Source: an uncultured Actinomycetes bacterium
GTDB lineage: Bacteria > Actinomycetota > Actinomycetes > S36-B12 > CAIYMF01
DNA length: 64,000 nucleotides
Assembly (NCBI GenBank): GCA_963706875.1
Contig: CAVPNW010000019.1
Coordinates: 73,714-137,713 of the forward strand
Direction: 5' to 3'
The notes below the pieces were generated by a model, which saw only the letters and a program-made list of their open reading frames with translations, did no database searches and was not told the origin of the DNA. The translations under genes were made by a program, and so were the position numbers. Positions 40,257-49,168 of the stretch are shown piece after piece (position 1 is the first letter of the stretch; each line of letters begins with the position of its first letter).

Positions 40257-40655
40257 ATGATGATCCCCATGGCCAAGAAGCGGGTCCACCGCCCCGAAGG
40301 ATCCCGACCCCTCCCCTCACCGCAACCCAAGCCGGCGACGACGCAGCCCCGAGCATCCGCGGGCTCGGGGCTGAGCCTGCGCGAGCGCTTCGAGGACTTC
40401 AGCCGCCCGATCCTGCTGCGCATGCAGGCGCTGCCCGGGTTCCTCATCCCGGTCACCCTCGGGACCGTGCTGTTCTTCGGCCTGACCCTGGACGCGGCCT
40501 GGTCGGGCATCCTGCTGATCCTCATCGCCCTCTTCCTGTTCTGGCTCACCGCGGTGTCCTGGCCGAGGATCACCACGGGCAGCCGGATCCTGCGCATCGT
40601 CGTCGACGTGGCCGTGCTGGTCCTCGGCGTGCTGAAGCTCATGGGTCGGCTCTGA
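40257..40655 (+). CDS. Small membrane protein of unknown function
   Basis: Two hydrophobic helices, LPGFLIPVTLGTVLFFGLTL and GILLILIALFLFWLTAV. Possible starts are ATG 40257, 40260 and 40269. Confidence 0.55.
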   Translation: MMIPMAKKRVHRPEGSRPLPSPQPKPATTQPRASAGSGLSLRERFEDFSRPILLRMQALPGFLIPVTLGTVLFFGLTLDAAWSGILLILIALFLFWLTAVSWPRITTGSRILRIVVDVAVLVLGVLKLMGRL

Positions 40656-40711
40656 TCCGCTGCCGCCGACCCCTGCCCCCGCGCCGGGAGGCGCCGGCGC
40701 CAGGGCGGGTG

Positions 40712-41587
40712 CTACTCGCTCGGGGGCGGCGCAGCCTCGTTGGGCACCGCGCCGCCGTAACGGCGGTCCCGGTCGGCGTAGATCTCACACGCCCGCCACA
40801 GGTCGAGCCGGTCGAAGTCCGGCCAGAGCGTGTCCAGGAACACCATCTCGGCGTAGGCCGACTGCCACAGCAGGAAGTTCGACGTCCGCTGCTCCCCCGA
40901 CGAGCGCACGAACAGGTCCACGTCGGGCATGTCCGGCTCGTCGAGGTAGCGGACCAGCATCTGCTCGTCCACGTCCTCAGGACGCACGAGCCCGGCGCGC
41001 ACATCGACCGCGAGGGCTGCCGCGGCGTCGGCGATCTCAGCGCGCCCGCCGTAGTTCACGCACATCGCCAGGGTCATGACGGAGTTCGAGGCAGTCAGCT
41101 CCTCAGCGCGCTCGAGCTCGGCGATGACGCTGCCCCACAGCTTCGGTCGCCGACCGACCCAGCGCACGCGGACGCCCATCTCGTTGAGCTGGTCGCGACG
41201 CCGGCGGATCACGTCCCGGTTGAACCCCATCAGGAAGCGCACCTCGTCGGGTGAGCGCTTCCAGTTCTCGGTGGAGAACGCGTAGGCCGACAGGTACTCG
41301 ATGCCGAGCTCCAGGGCGCCGTTGACGCAGTCGAGCAGCGAGCCCTCCCCCGCCTCGTGCCCGGCCGTCCGGGGCAGGCCGCGCTCCTTGGCCCAGCGAC
41401 CGTTGCCGTCCATCACGATCGCGACGTGCTTCGGGATGAGCTCGGGCGGGATGGCCGGCGGGCGAGCCCCGGAGATGTGCGGGGTGGGAGCCAGGATCGC
41501 CCGTTCCGTGGCCTCCGGATCGCCGGCGCCCGGCACGTCGGGGCCGGGCCGACCACGCCGCCACCAGGATCCCGAGTTGTCCGCCAT
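40712..41587 (-). CDS. uppS: Isoprenyl transferase (undecaprenyl/decaprenyl-diphosphate synthase family)
   Basis: [33 protein letters not shown] and [17 protein letters not shown] at 41587 (MADNSGSWW). Confidence 0.9.
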   Translation of the reverse strand: MADNSGSWWRRGRPGPDVPGAGDPEATERAILAPTPHISGARPPAIPPELIPKHVAIVMDGNGRWAKERGLPRTAGHEAGEGSLLDCVNGALELGIEYLSAYAFSTENWKRSPDEVRFLMGFNRDVIRRRRDQLNEMGVRVRWVGRRPKLWGSVIAELERAEELTASNSVMTLAMCVNYGGRAEIADAAAALAVDVRAGLVRPEDVDEQMLVRYLDEPDMPDVDLFVRSSGEQRTSNFLLWQSAYAEMVFLDTLWPDFDRLDLWRACEIYADRDRRYGGAVPNEAAPPPSE

Positions 41588-41811
41588 GGTGGAATCCTCC
41601 CGCGGACAGGGGCCCGGTTGCCGCCTGCGACGCGCCCGACGCCCGCGCTCCCCCGCTCCGTTCGTCGTCCCCTGCTGGGCCCTGCCTCCCAGAGTCCGGG
41701 AAGGAAGGGTCGACTGGGCCCTACACCCCGCTGCCGGGGGGGCCACTGGCTGACCAGGAGTAGATTGGGTGTGACGGGAAAGCCCCTTGGACATCCCGGG
41801 TCGGGAGCGTC

Positions 41812-43173
41812 ATGACCCAACAGTCTGCAGCAGTTGGCACCGCACGACGGCTCGACCGACGGGGTCGATCAACGATGACCAGCCCCCGTCGGCGGGTGGC
41901 GATTGGCCTCGTAGCCTTACTGCTCACAGCCGTCGGTCTTGGTCAGGGCGCGACAACAGCACAGGCGAAGGAGCCTGTCCCACCCTCCCCGTCGAACCCC
42001 GGCGTTGGCGTGATCGCCTGGGGAAGCAACACGAAGGGGGAATCGGAGGTCCCCACAGACGCCAGTGCTGGGGTCCAGGACATAGCGGCCGGAACTGGCT
42101 TCTCCATGGCTCTCAAGGACGGCAGGGTCATCTCGTGGGGAGATGTGGGCTGCAAGTCATGGAGCAGCCAGATCAACCAGGTGGCCCAACCTGAGCTCGA
42201 TGGAGTTGATGCCATCACTGCCGGGGATTGCCAGGCCATGGCCCTGCGTGACGGGGAGGTCATCGCGTGGGGAAGTGCATACATGGACCCGGCGCTGTAC
42301 CTGCCGGCTGAGGTCAAGTCGGGTGTGACGGCGATCGCAACCAGTCACACCGTCTCCCTGGCCGTGAAGGGTGGGGGTGTGATCTCGTGGGGCGGTGGAA
42401 CAGCCGACCAACGAACCGTCCCGGTTGAGGCTCTGACCGGCGTCCGGGATGTTGCTACAGACAAGGGCTTCTCGATGGCCCTCAAGGACAGCGGGCAGGT
42501 CATCACCTGGGGCAGGGGCGACGGCGACGCACTCATCCAGGTGCCGCCTGAGGCGCAGTCGGGGGTCACAGCCATTGCCACGAACGGCAGCCAGGCGATG
42601 GCCCTCAAGGACGGCGGGGTGATCATCTGGGGCGACACGCGGGATGGCCTCGGTGTGATCCCGGTCGAGGCGCAGTCCCGTGTGACTGCCATCTCTGCGT
42701 CGGGGGGCTACTGGGTCTCCATCAGCCCCGATGGCTCAACTGTCAACTACCCCGGGGGCGTGTTCCATGCGATCAGCGCCGGGCAGGCCATCGGCTGGGG
42801 CATCGGCTCCCCGGGTCATCAATCCGTGATCAACCCCCCCTCCCCGCTTCCCCAGCCTGCGACTCAACTTGCGACCAGCGACTCGCACGGCCTCGTCCTC
42901 GTACCCGTGACCATGGCCGTCCGTGCGAAGGCCATCAGGGGTAGGTCCAGGTTGCACGTGAACGTCAACCCGAACAAGGGCAAGGGCTACTGGCAGTTCC
43001 AGGTGCAGCGCCAACAGAGCGACGGAACCTGGACGCCCCTGAAGACATACCGGACCAAGGGCAGCAAGGAGACCCGCACGATCAACCTCAAGAGGGGCAC
43101 CTACCGGGTCGTGGTCAGGGCGAAGTACGGATACGCAGAGGCCACCTCCGGACCGGTCTACCTGAAGAGGTGA
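41812..43173 (+). CDS. Secreted RCC1-like / BLIP-II-like beta-propeller repeat protein with a C-terminal Lys/Tyr-rich beta-sandwich-like domain
   Basis: Signal peptide SPRRRVAIGLVALLLTAVGLGQGATTAQA. There are about 7 short repeats of the form V(T/D)AIA.....(S/A)(M/L)ALKDG.VI.WG...G...VP. The C-terminal ~100 aa read KGKGYWQFQVQRQQSDGTWTPLKTYRTKGSKETRTINLKRGTYRVVV. The start is 41812 or the ATG at 41875. Confidence 0.8.
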   Translation: MTQQSAAVGTARRLDRRGRSTMTSPRRRVAIGLVALLLTAVGLGQGATTAQAKEPVPPSPSNPGVGVIAWGSNTKGESEVPTDASAGVQDIAAGTGFSMALKDGRVISWGDVGCKSWSSQINQVAQPELDGVDAITAGDCQAMALRDGEVIAWGSAYMDPALYLPAEVKSGVTAIATSHTVSLAVKGGGVISWGGGTADQRTVPVEALTGVRDVATDKGFSMALKDSGQVITWGRGDGDALIQVPPEAQSGVTAIATNGSQAMALKDGGVIIWGDTRDGLGVIPVEAQSRVTAISASGGYWVSISPDGSTVNYPGGVFHAISAGQAIGWGIGSPGHQSVINPPSPLPQPATQLATSDSHGLVLVPVTMAVRAKAIRGRSRLHVNVNPNKGKGYWQFQVQRQQSDGTWTPLKTYRTKGSKETRTINLKRGTYRVVVRAKYGYAEATSGPVYLKR

Positions 43174-43403
43174 CTGCGAGCAGGGCCAGATGCAAGCCTG
43201 TCAAGGAGTCCGTTCATGCACAAGGGTGCTCTCCACCAACCAGCACCCCGGTGAACCTCACAGCCAGCGTCACTGGCGAACCACGCGTGAAGCTGGCCCC
43301 CCGAGAGCCCGGTGGGTCGCGACCGCGGGGGTGAGTGCCGCCGAAGCAGGCCGAGTGCCGGCGCCAGCGCGCGCGTGGCAGGTGCGAGGGGAATGCTGGG
43401 GGC

Positions 43404-44012
43404 ATGGACGACGCAGCGGACGACGCCCGCGCCAAGGCCGCACCGGACGACCGGGGACACCCGGTGTGGGCGAACGCGCACCAGGTGACCCCCTTCCTCT
43501 ACGTGGGCGGGTCGCTGCGCAGCGGCGACGCGGACCCCGGGACAGTGCTCAACGAGCTTCAGGGGCACGGGCTGACCCACATCCTGGACTGCCGCACGGA
43601 GACCTCGGACGAGAGGCTCGTGGCCCAGCTGGCCCCCGACGTCGAGTACCACCAGGCAGGCACCGAGGACGAGGCCGCGGGGACTGCCGAGGGGTGGTTC
43701 GACAGTGGGGTGGGCTTCGCGCGCGAGGCGCTGAAGATCCCCGGCACCGTCCTGCTGACGCACTGCGCCCTGGGCCAGGCGCGGGGGCCGTCGATGGCCT
43801 ACGCGGTGCTGCTCGACCAGGGATACGAACCCGGCGAGGCGCTGCTGATGATCACGCAGGCCCGGCCGGAGGCCAAGGCCTCCTACGCCGAGCACGCCCT
43901 GGACTGGCACCTGAACCGCACGGGCGCCACGGAGGCGGAGCGCAAGGTGGCCTTCGAGTCGCTGCGCGCCGCTCGCGGAAGGTCCGGGGGGTGGCAGCAC
44001 AGGCGGCACTGA
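43404..44012 (+). CDS. Dual-specificity (Cys-based, HCX5R) protein phosphatase-like protein
   Basis: Begins at the ATG at 43404 in the frame of ORF 43335..44012. It has PFLYVGGS (DSP-type N-terminal strand) and the P-loop LLTHCALGQARGPSMAYAVLL, i.e. H-C-(ALGQA)-R. There is no signal peptide. Confidence 0.7.
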   Translation: MDDAADDARAKAAPDDRGHPVWANAHQVTPFLYVGGSLRSGDADPGTVLNELQGHGLTHILDCRTETSDERLVAQLAPDVEYHQAGTEDEAAGTAEGWFDSGVGFAREALKIPGTVLLTHCALGQARGPSMAYAVLLDQGYEPGEALLMITQARPEAKASYAEHALDWHLNRTGATEAERKVAFESLRAARGRSGGWQHRRH

Positions 44013-44094
44013 GCGGGCGCAGATGAGCTGAGCGATCCGCTGGGCGACCTGAACGGGACGAACCGGGCGACCCCGACGGGCCGACCCGCGACCC

Positions 44095-44826
44095 TCAGCT
44101 CCGCTCGACCAACGGCAGGGACTTGAGCTGCCGCTCCAGGTGCCACTGGAGGTAGGCCGCGACGAGCCCGGACGCCTCACGCCGCGCGCGTTCCTCGGAG
44201 GCGTCGGCCACCGCCCAGTCGCCGGACAGCAGCGCGCCCAGCAGCTCCAGCGTGGCCGGACGGGGCGTGGCCGATCCCGGGACCCGGCAGTCGGCGCACA
44301 GGGCCCCACCACCGGGCAGGCTGAACGCCCGGTGCGGACCCGCCTCGCCGCATCGCGCGCACGCGTCGAACGACGCGGCCCATCCGGCGATCGCCAACGA
44401 GCGCACTAGGTAGGCGTCGAGGACCAGCCCGGGGGCGTGCTCGCGCTGGGAGAGCGCACGCAGGCCGCCCACCAGCAGCTGGAACTGCGCGGGCGCGGGC
44501 TCGCGCTCCTCGGGGGTCAGCCGCTCGGCCGTCTCGCAGATCGCCTGGGCGGCGGTCCATCGCGGGTAGTCGCCAGCGAGGTCGGCCCCGAAGGAGAACA
44601 GCGACTCGACCTGCGTCACTGAGTCCAGCGACCGCCCGATGTGGAACTGCGCGTCCACCAGGCCCATCGGCTCCAACCGGGCCCCGAACTTCGAGCTGGT
44701 CCGCCGGACCCCGCGGGCAACCGCCCGGACGCGACCGTGGCTTCGGGTGAGCAGCGTGATGATCCGGTCGGCCTCACCGAGCTTGTGCGTGCGAAGCACC
44801 ACCCCGGAGTCACGGTAGGTCGGCAC
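44095..44826 (-). CDS. recO: DNA repair protein RecO
   Basis: MPTYRDSGVVLRTHKLGEADRIITLLTRSHGRVRAVARGVRR plus the C-terminal Cys pairs CARCG...CADC. Confidence 0.9.
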   Translation of the reverse strand: MPTYRDSGVVLRTHKLGEADRIITLLTRSHGRVRAVARGVRRTSSKFGARLEPMGLVDAQFHIGRSLDSVTQVESLFSFGADLAGDYPRWTAAQAICETAERLTPEEREPAPAQFQLLVGGLRALSQREHAPGLVLDAYLVRSLAIAGWAASFDACARCGEAGPHRAFSLPGGGALCADCRVPGSATPRPATLELLGALLSGDWAVADASEERARREASGLVAAYLQWHLERQLKSLPLVERS

Positions 44827-44898
44827 CGCCCCATTGTGCGCCCCTCACCTGCCACCCGCGGGGATCGGGACCGGCTCGGGCGCGGGCCGCGGGCAGTC

Positions 44899-44943
44899 GG
44901 TGTGTACGGAATCGACCATCAGATGGTCGATTCCGTACACACC
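44899..44943. repeat. Perfect 45-nt palindrome (22-nt arms around one central base)
   Basis: GGTGTGTACGGAATCGACCATC A GATGGTCGATTCCGTACACACC, checked base by base. It ends 8 nt before the era stop codon (44952-44954), in the era-recO spacer. Confidence 0.95.
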
Positions 44944-44951
44944 AACACGGC

Positions 44952-45881
44952 TCAGAACCCGAGCCGGCGCAGCTGCTTGGGGTCGCGCTGCCACTCCTTG
45001 GCGACCTTCACATGCAGGTCGAGGTACACCGGGGTGCCCATCATCGCCTCGATGGCGGCACGGGAGCGCGTTCCCACGTCGCGCAACCGCGCACCCTTGG
45101 CCCCGATCACGATGGCCTTCTGCGAGGAGCGCTCGACGAACAGGTTGGCGTGGATGTCCAGCAGGGGCCGATCCGGGTGCCGGTCGGGGCGCATCGCCAT
45201 CTCCTCGACGACCACGGCGATCGAGTGCGGCAGCTCGTCGCTGACACCCTCGAGGGCGGCCTCACGGATCAGCTCGGCGACCATGATGATCTCGGGCTCG
45301 TCTGTGAGCTCCCCGTCGGGGTAGAGCGCCGGGCCGACGGGCAGTGCTGCGATGAACTCCGCGATCACGTCGTCGAGCTGGTCGCCGGCCTGGGCCGAGA
45401 CCGGCACGACCGCCGCCCACTCGAGGCTCGTGGCCGTCCCGAGCTCCATCACGGCGCTGAGCTTGGCCGCCAGGTTGGGCCGCGAGATCCGGTCGGTCTT
45501 CGTGACCAGCGCGATCACGGGGGTCCGGGTGCCGCCCCGGGTGGCACCGGCCAGGCGGTGGGCGATCCGGCGATCACCCGGCCCGATCTCCTCATCGGCC
45601 GGCAGGCACAGCGCGATCGCGTCCACCTCCGCCCACTGCTGCTCGACGAGCGCGTTGAGCCGCTCGCCAAGGGCGTTGCGCGGCCGGTGGATCCCTGGCG
45701 TGTCGACCAGCACGACCTGGGCGTCCGGGAGATGGATCATCCCGCGGATGACCCGACGGGTGGTCTGCGGCTTGCTCGAGGTGATCGCCACCTTCTGGCC
45801 CACGAGGGCGTTCGTGAGGGTGGACTTGCCGGCGTTGGGCCGCCCCACGATCGCGACGAAGCCGCTGCGGTGCTCGGTCAT
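44952..45881 (-). CDS. era: GTPase Era
   Basis: G1 IVGRPNAGKSTL, G3 VDTPGIH, G4 TKTD, and a C-terminal KH domain. Confidence 0.95.
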   Translation of the reverse strand: MTEHRSGFVAIVGRPNAGKSTLTNALVGQKVAITSSKPQTTRRVIRGMIHLPDAQVVLVDTPGIHRPRNALGERLNALVEQQWAEVDAIALCLPADEEIGPGDRRIAHRLAGATRGGTRTPVIALVTKTDRISRPNLAAKLSAVMELGTATSLEWAAVVPVSAQAGDQLDDVIAEFIAALPVGPALYPDGELTDEPEIIMVAELIREAALEGVSDELPHSIAVVVEEMAMRPDRHPDRPLLDIHANLFVERSSQKAIVIGAKGARLRDVGTRSRAAIEAMMGTPVYLDLHVKVAKEWQRDPKQLRRLGF

Positions 45882-47254
45882 GCGGAGGTGTCCTCACGGC
45901 CGTTGGTGCTGCCGGCCGACGCACCTGCGGCAGCCGACCTGCCGTTCGGCTGCTCGGTGCCCGTCTCGGAGGGGCGCGTCGGGACCTGCTCGGCCAGCAC
46001 GGTGGTGATCCGGTTGCGCCGGCCGGCGGCCTGCTCGGCGGTCAGCACCCAGCCCTCGATCGTGATGGACGACCCCGGCAGGGCGACCTTGCCCAGGCGC
46101 TTGGCGATCAACCCGGCGACCGTGTCCACGCCCTCGGAGTCGGAGTCGATGTCGAACCCCAGCAGCTCACCGGCGTCCTCCACGTGCAGCCGGGCGCTCA
46201 GGCGGTAGCCACCCCCTGGGAGCTTCTCGATCTCCGGCGGCTCCTGGTCGTACTCGTCGGTGATCTCGCCGACGATCTCCTCCAGGACGTCCTCGATCGT
46301 GACCAGTCCGGCCGTGCCACCGTACTCGTCGACGGCGATCGCCATGTGGACGCGCTGGGACTGCAGGTCGCGGAGCAGGTCGTCGACGAGCTTGGAGTCC
46401 GGGACGAACACCGCCGCACGCATGCGCGAATCGATGCGCTCAGTGGCTTCGGACTCGCGATGCTCGAACACGCGGTTGACGACGTCCTTGAGGTAGAACA
46501 CGCCCACGACGTCATCTGGGCTCTCGCCGATCACCGGGATGCGGGAGTACCCGGAGCGCAGTGCAAGCGACAACGCCTGGCGCAGGGTCTTGTGCCGCTC
46601 GATCCAGACCATCTCGGTGCGCGGCACCATCACCTCGCGCACGATCGTGTCGCCGAGCTCGAACACCGAGTGCAGCATCGCCGCCTCGTCGTCCTCGATG
46701 ACCCGGTCGGCCTCGGCCTGGTCGACGAGCTCCCGCAGCTCCGCCTGGCTGGCGAACGGCCCCTCCCGGTAGCCACGCCCCGGGGTGAGCGCATTGCCGA
46801 TGAGGATGAGCAGGGAGACGAACGGGCCGAGCACCGCAGCCGCTCCCCGCGCGAACTTCCCCCAGCGCAGGGCGATCCGGTCGGCGTGCTGGCGGCCCAG
46901 CGTGCGCGGTGCGACGCCCAGCGCGATGAACATGACGCCGGTCATGATCAGCAGAGCCAGGAACAGACCCACCAGCGGACCCCACGTGCCGGCCTCGACG
47001 CAGAGGTAGGTCACCAGGGCCGTGGCGGCCACCGCGAACGCCGTGTGCAGGAACAGCATCACGTTCACGTAGCGCGCACGGTCCTCGACGATCAGGCGCA
47101 GCCGCTCGGTGGCCTTGCCCGGCTTCTCGCGGGCCATCTCCTCGACCCGCGAGCGGGACACCCGCCCGATCGCCGTCTCGGCAGCCACGAGGAACGCGGC
47201 GGTGACGACGAACAGGATCGCCAGGACCAGCATCACCCAGTCGGACTCCGCCAT
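45878..47254 (-). CDS. CorC/TlyC-family protein (DUF21 membrane domain, CBS pair, CorC_HlyC domain)
   Basis: N-terminal hydrophobic helices, a CBS region with VREVMVPRTEMVWI, and the C-terminal domain. It overlaps era by 4 nt. Confidence 0.9.
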   Translation of the reverse strand: MAESDWVMLVLAILFVVTAAFLVAAETAIGRVSRSRVEEMAREKPGKATERLRLIVEDRARYVNVMLFLHTAFAVAATALVTYLCVEAGTWGPLVGLFLALLIMTGVMFIALGVAPRTLGRQHADRIALRWGKFARGAAAVLGPFVSLLILIGNALTPGRGYREGPFASQAELRELVDQAEADRVIEDDEAAMLHSVFELGDTIVREVMVPRTEMVWIERHKTLRQALSLALRSGYSRIPVIGESPDDVVGVFYLKDVVNRVFEHRESEATERIDSRMRAAVFVPDSKLVDDLLRDLQSQRVHMAIAVDEYGGTAGLVTIEDVLEEIVGEITDEYDQEPPEIEKLPGGGYRLSARLHVEDAGELLGFDIDSDSEGVDTVAGLIAKRLGKVALPGSSITIEGWVLTAEQAAGRRNRITTVLAEQVPTRPSETGTEQPNGRSAAAGASAGSTNGREDTSA

Positions 47255-47257
47255 GCC

Positions 47258-47713
47258 TCAGCCCCGTCCCCGCCAGGCCGCCAGCAGCTGGTCCTGGAGG
47301 CCGAACATCAGCGCATGGTCCTCGGGCTCGGCATGGTCGTGGCCGAGCAGGTGCAGGATCCCATGGGTCAGCAGCAGCTCGAGCTCACCGGGCAGCCCGT
47401 GGCCGGCCGCCCCACCCTGCTCGGCAGCCACCTGCGGGCAGATCACCACATCGCCAAGCATGCCCGGCTCCGGGCTCTCGCCCGGCTGCGGCGCGCGCAG
47501 CTCGTCCATCGGGAAGCTCAGGACGTCAGTCGGCCCGGGGAGGTCCATCCACTGCACGTGCAGGTCGGTGATCTCCTCGGGATCGACCAGGGAGATCGAC
47601 AGCTCCACATCGGGGTGCAGTCCCAGGCGGTCGATCATGAAGCCAGCCTGGGCGACGAGCGGCTCGGGGTCGACCGGGATGCTGCTCCGGTTGTCGACCT
47701 CGACCTCGGCCAT
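47258..47713 (-). CDS. ybeY: rRNA maturation endoribonuclease YbeY
   Basis: HGILHLLGHDH metal site. The start overlaps the phoH stop (TGATG). Confidence 0.9.
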   Translation of the reverse strand: MAEVEVDNRSSIPVDPEPLVAQAGFMIDRLGLHPDVELSISLVDPEEITDLHVQWMDLPGPTDVLSFPMDELRAPQPGESPEPGMLGDVVICPQVAAEQGGAAGHGLPGELELLLTHGILHLLGHDHAEPEDHALMFGLQDQLLAAWRGRG

Positions 47714-48750
47714 CAGCGCCGCCTGACCGGCCGGACCGGCCGATCCGCGCGGTCGCTGCGCGCCTGCTCCTCGTCGTAGCGGCCGTAGGCCTGCACGATG
47801 TCGGTCACCAGGCTGTGCCGGACCACGTCGTGGGCGTTGAGGTAGCAGAACGACACGTCGCGCACCCCGTCGAGGATCCCCTGGACGACCTTCAGCCCCG
47901 AGTCGGTGCCCCCGGGGAGGTCCACCTGGGTGATGTCGCCGGTGACGACCATCGTGGAGCCGAACCCGAGACGGGTCAGGAACATCTTCATCTGGTCCGG
48001 AGAGGTGTTCTGGGCCTCGTCGAGGATCACGAAGGCGTCGTTGAGCGTGCGCCCGCGCATGTAGGCCAGCGGGGCGACCTCAATCACCCCAGAGGTCAGC
48101 AGCCGTGGGATCGAGTCCGGGTCGAGCATGTCGCGCAGGGCGTCGTACAGGGGGCGCAGGTACGGGTCGATCTTCTCCGAGAGCGTGCCGGGCAGGTAGC
48201 CCAGGCGCTCGCCGGCCTCGACAGCCGGGCGGGTCAGCACGATCCTGTTGACCTTCTTGGCCTGCAGCGCCTGCACGGCCTTGGCCACCGCGAGGTAGGT
48301 CTTGCCGGTGCCGGCGGGGCCGATGCCGAAGACGATCGTGTGCTGGTCGATCGCGTCGACGTAGCGCTTCTGGTTCAGCGTCTTGGGCCGGATGGTGCGC
48401 CCTCGGTTGGACAGGATGTTGGCGGTCAGGACGTCGACCGGCCGGCTCTCGGGCTCAGCGCGCAGCATCGACAGGGCCCGGCGCGCGGCGTCGGGGCTCA
48501 TGCCCTGGCCGGTTCGCACGATCGACACGATCTCGTCGAAGAGCCGCTCGACCAGGTGCAGCTCCGCCGATCCGCCGGTCAGGCTGATCTGGTTGCCACG
48601 GACGTGGATGTCCATCGTGGGGAACTCGGCCTCGATGGTCCGCAGGACCTCGTCGCCGACCCCGACGACGGCGACCATGTCGAGGCTCGCCGGGACGATG
48701 ACGGTGTGCTGGATGCGCTCAGGGCGCAGGGTGGATTCAGTCATGACCAC
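47713..48750 (-). CDS. phoH: PhoH-family ATPase
   Basis: Walker A GPAGTGKTYLAVA, and ILDEAQNTS. Confidence 0.9.
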   Translation of the reverse strand: MVMTESTLRPERIQHTVIVPASLDMVAVVGVGDEVLRTIEAEFPTMDIHVRGNQISLTGGSAELHLVERLFDEIVSIVRTGQGMSPDAARRALSMLRAEPESRPVDVLTANILSNRGRTIRPKTLNQKRYVDAIDQHTIVFGIGPAGTGKTYLAVAKAVQALQAKKVNRIVLTRPAVEAGERLGYLPGTLSEKIDPYLRPLYDALRDMLDPDSIPRLLTSGVIEVAPLAYMRGRTLNDAFVILDEAQNTSPDQMKMFLTRLGFGSTMVVTGDITQVDLPGGTDSGLKVVQGILDGVRDVSFCYLNAHDVVRHSLVTDIVQAYGRYDEEQARSDRADRPVRPVRRR

Positions 48751-48767
48751 TCAAGGGTAAGTCCCGT

Positions 48768-49112
48768 TCAGCCCGGGGGCCACGAGTGCGCCCGCCCGCC
48801 GAGGACATGGGCGTGCAGGTGGCCCACCTCCTGGCCACCGAGACGGCCGTTGTTGATGACCACCCGGTACCCGCCGGTCAGCCCCTCGAGCTGCGCCACG
48901 TGGACGCACCGGGTGATCACGTCGGCTGCGATGGCCGGGTCGACCGCGACCGCCTCATCGAGGGTGCCGACATGCTGCTTCGGGATGACCAGCACATGCG
49001 TCGGGGACACCGGCGCGATGTCGCGGAACGCCAGTGTCGAGGCGGTCTCGTCGACGATCGTGGCCGGGATCTCGCGGGCGACGATCTTGCAGAACAGGCA
49101 GGCATCGCTCAT
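48768..49112 (-). CDS. HIT-family (histidine triad) nucleotide-binding protein
   Basis: Starts at the ATG at 49112 (MSDACLFCKIV). Histidine triad VGHLHAHVLGG. The upstream 135 codons of the listed ORF are Arg/Gly-rich read-through. Confidence 0.85.
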   Translation of the reverse strand: MSDACLFCKIVAREIPATIVDETASTLAFRDIAPVSPTHVLVIPKQHVGTLDEAVAVDPAIAADVITRCVHVAQLEGLTGGYRVVINNGRLGGQEVGHLHAHVLGGRAHSWPPG

Positions 49113-49168
49113 GGGCCCATCCTGCCACCGCCGGGGTCGGGCCCGGCCGTCCAGCGAACGACCGCGGC

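Noticed and set aside
43158-44312. 384-aa minus-strand ORF and 278-aa plus-strand ORF (43190..44026) overlapping the phosphatase gene
   Set aside because: Both are Arg/Gly/Pro-rich with no motifs. The 43404..44012 frame carries the PFLYVGGS and HCX5R phosphatase signatures.
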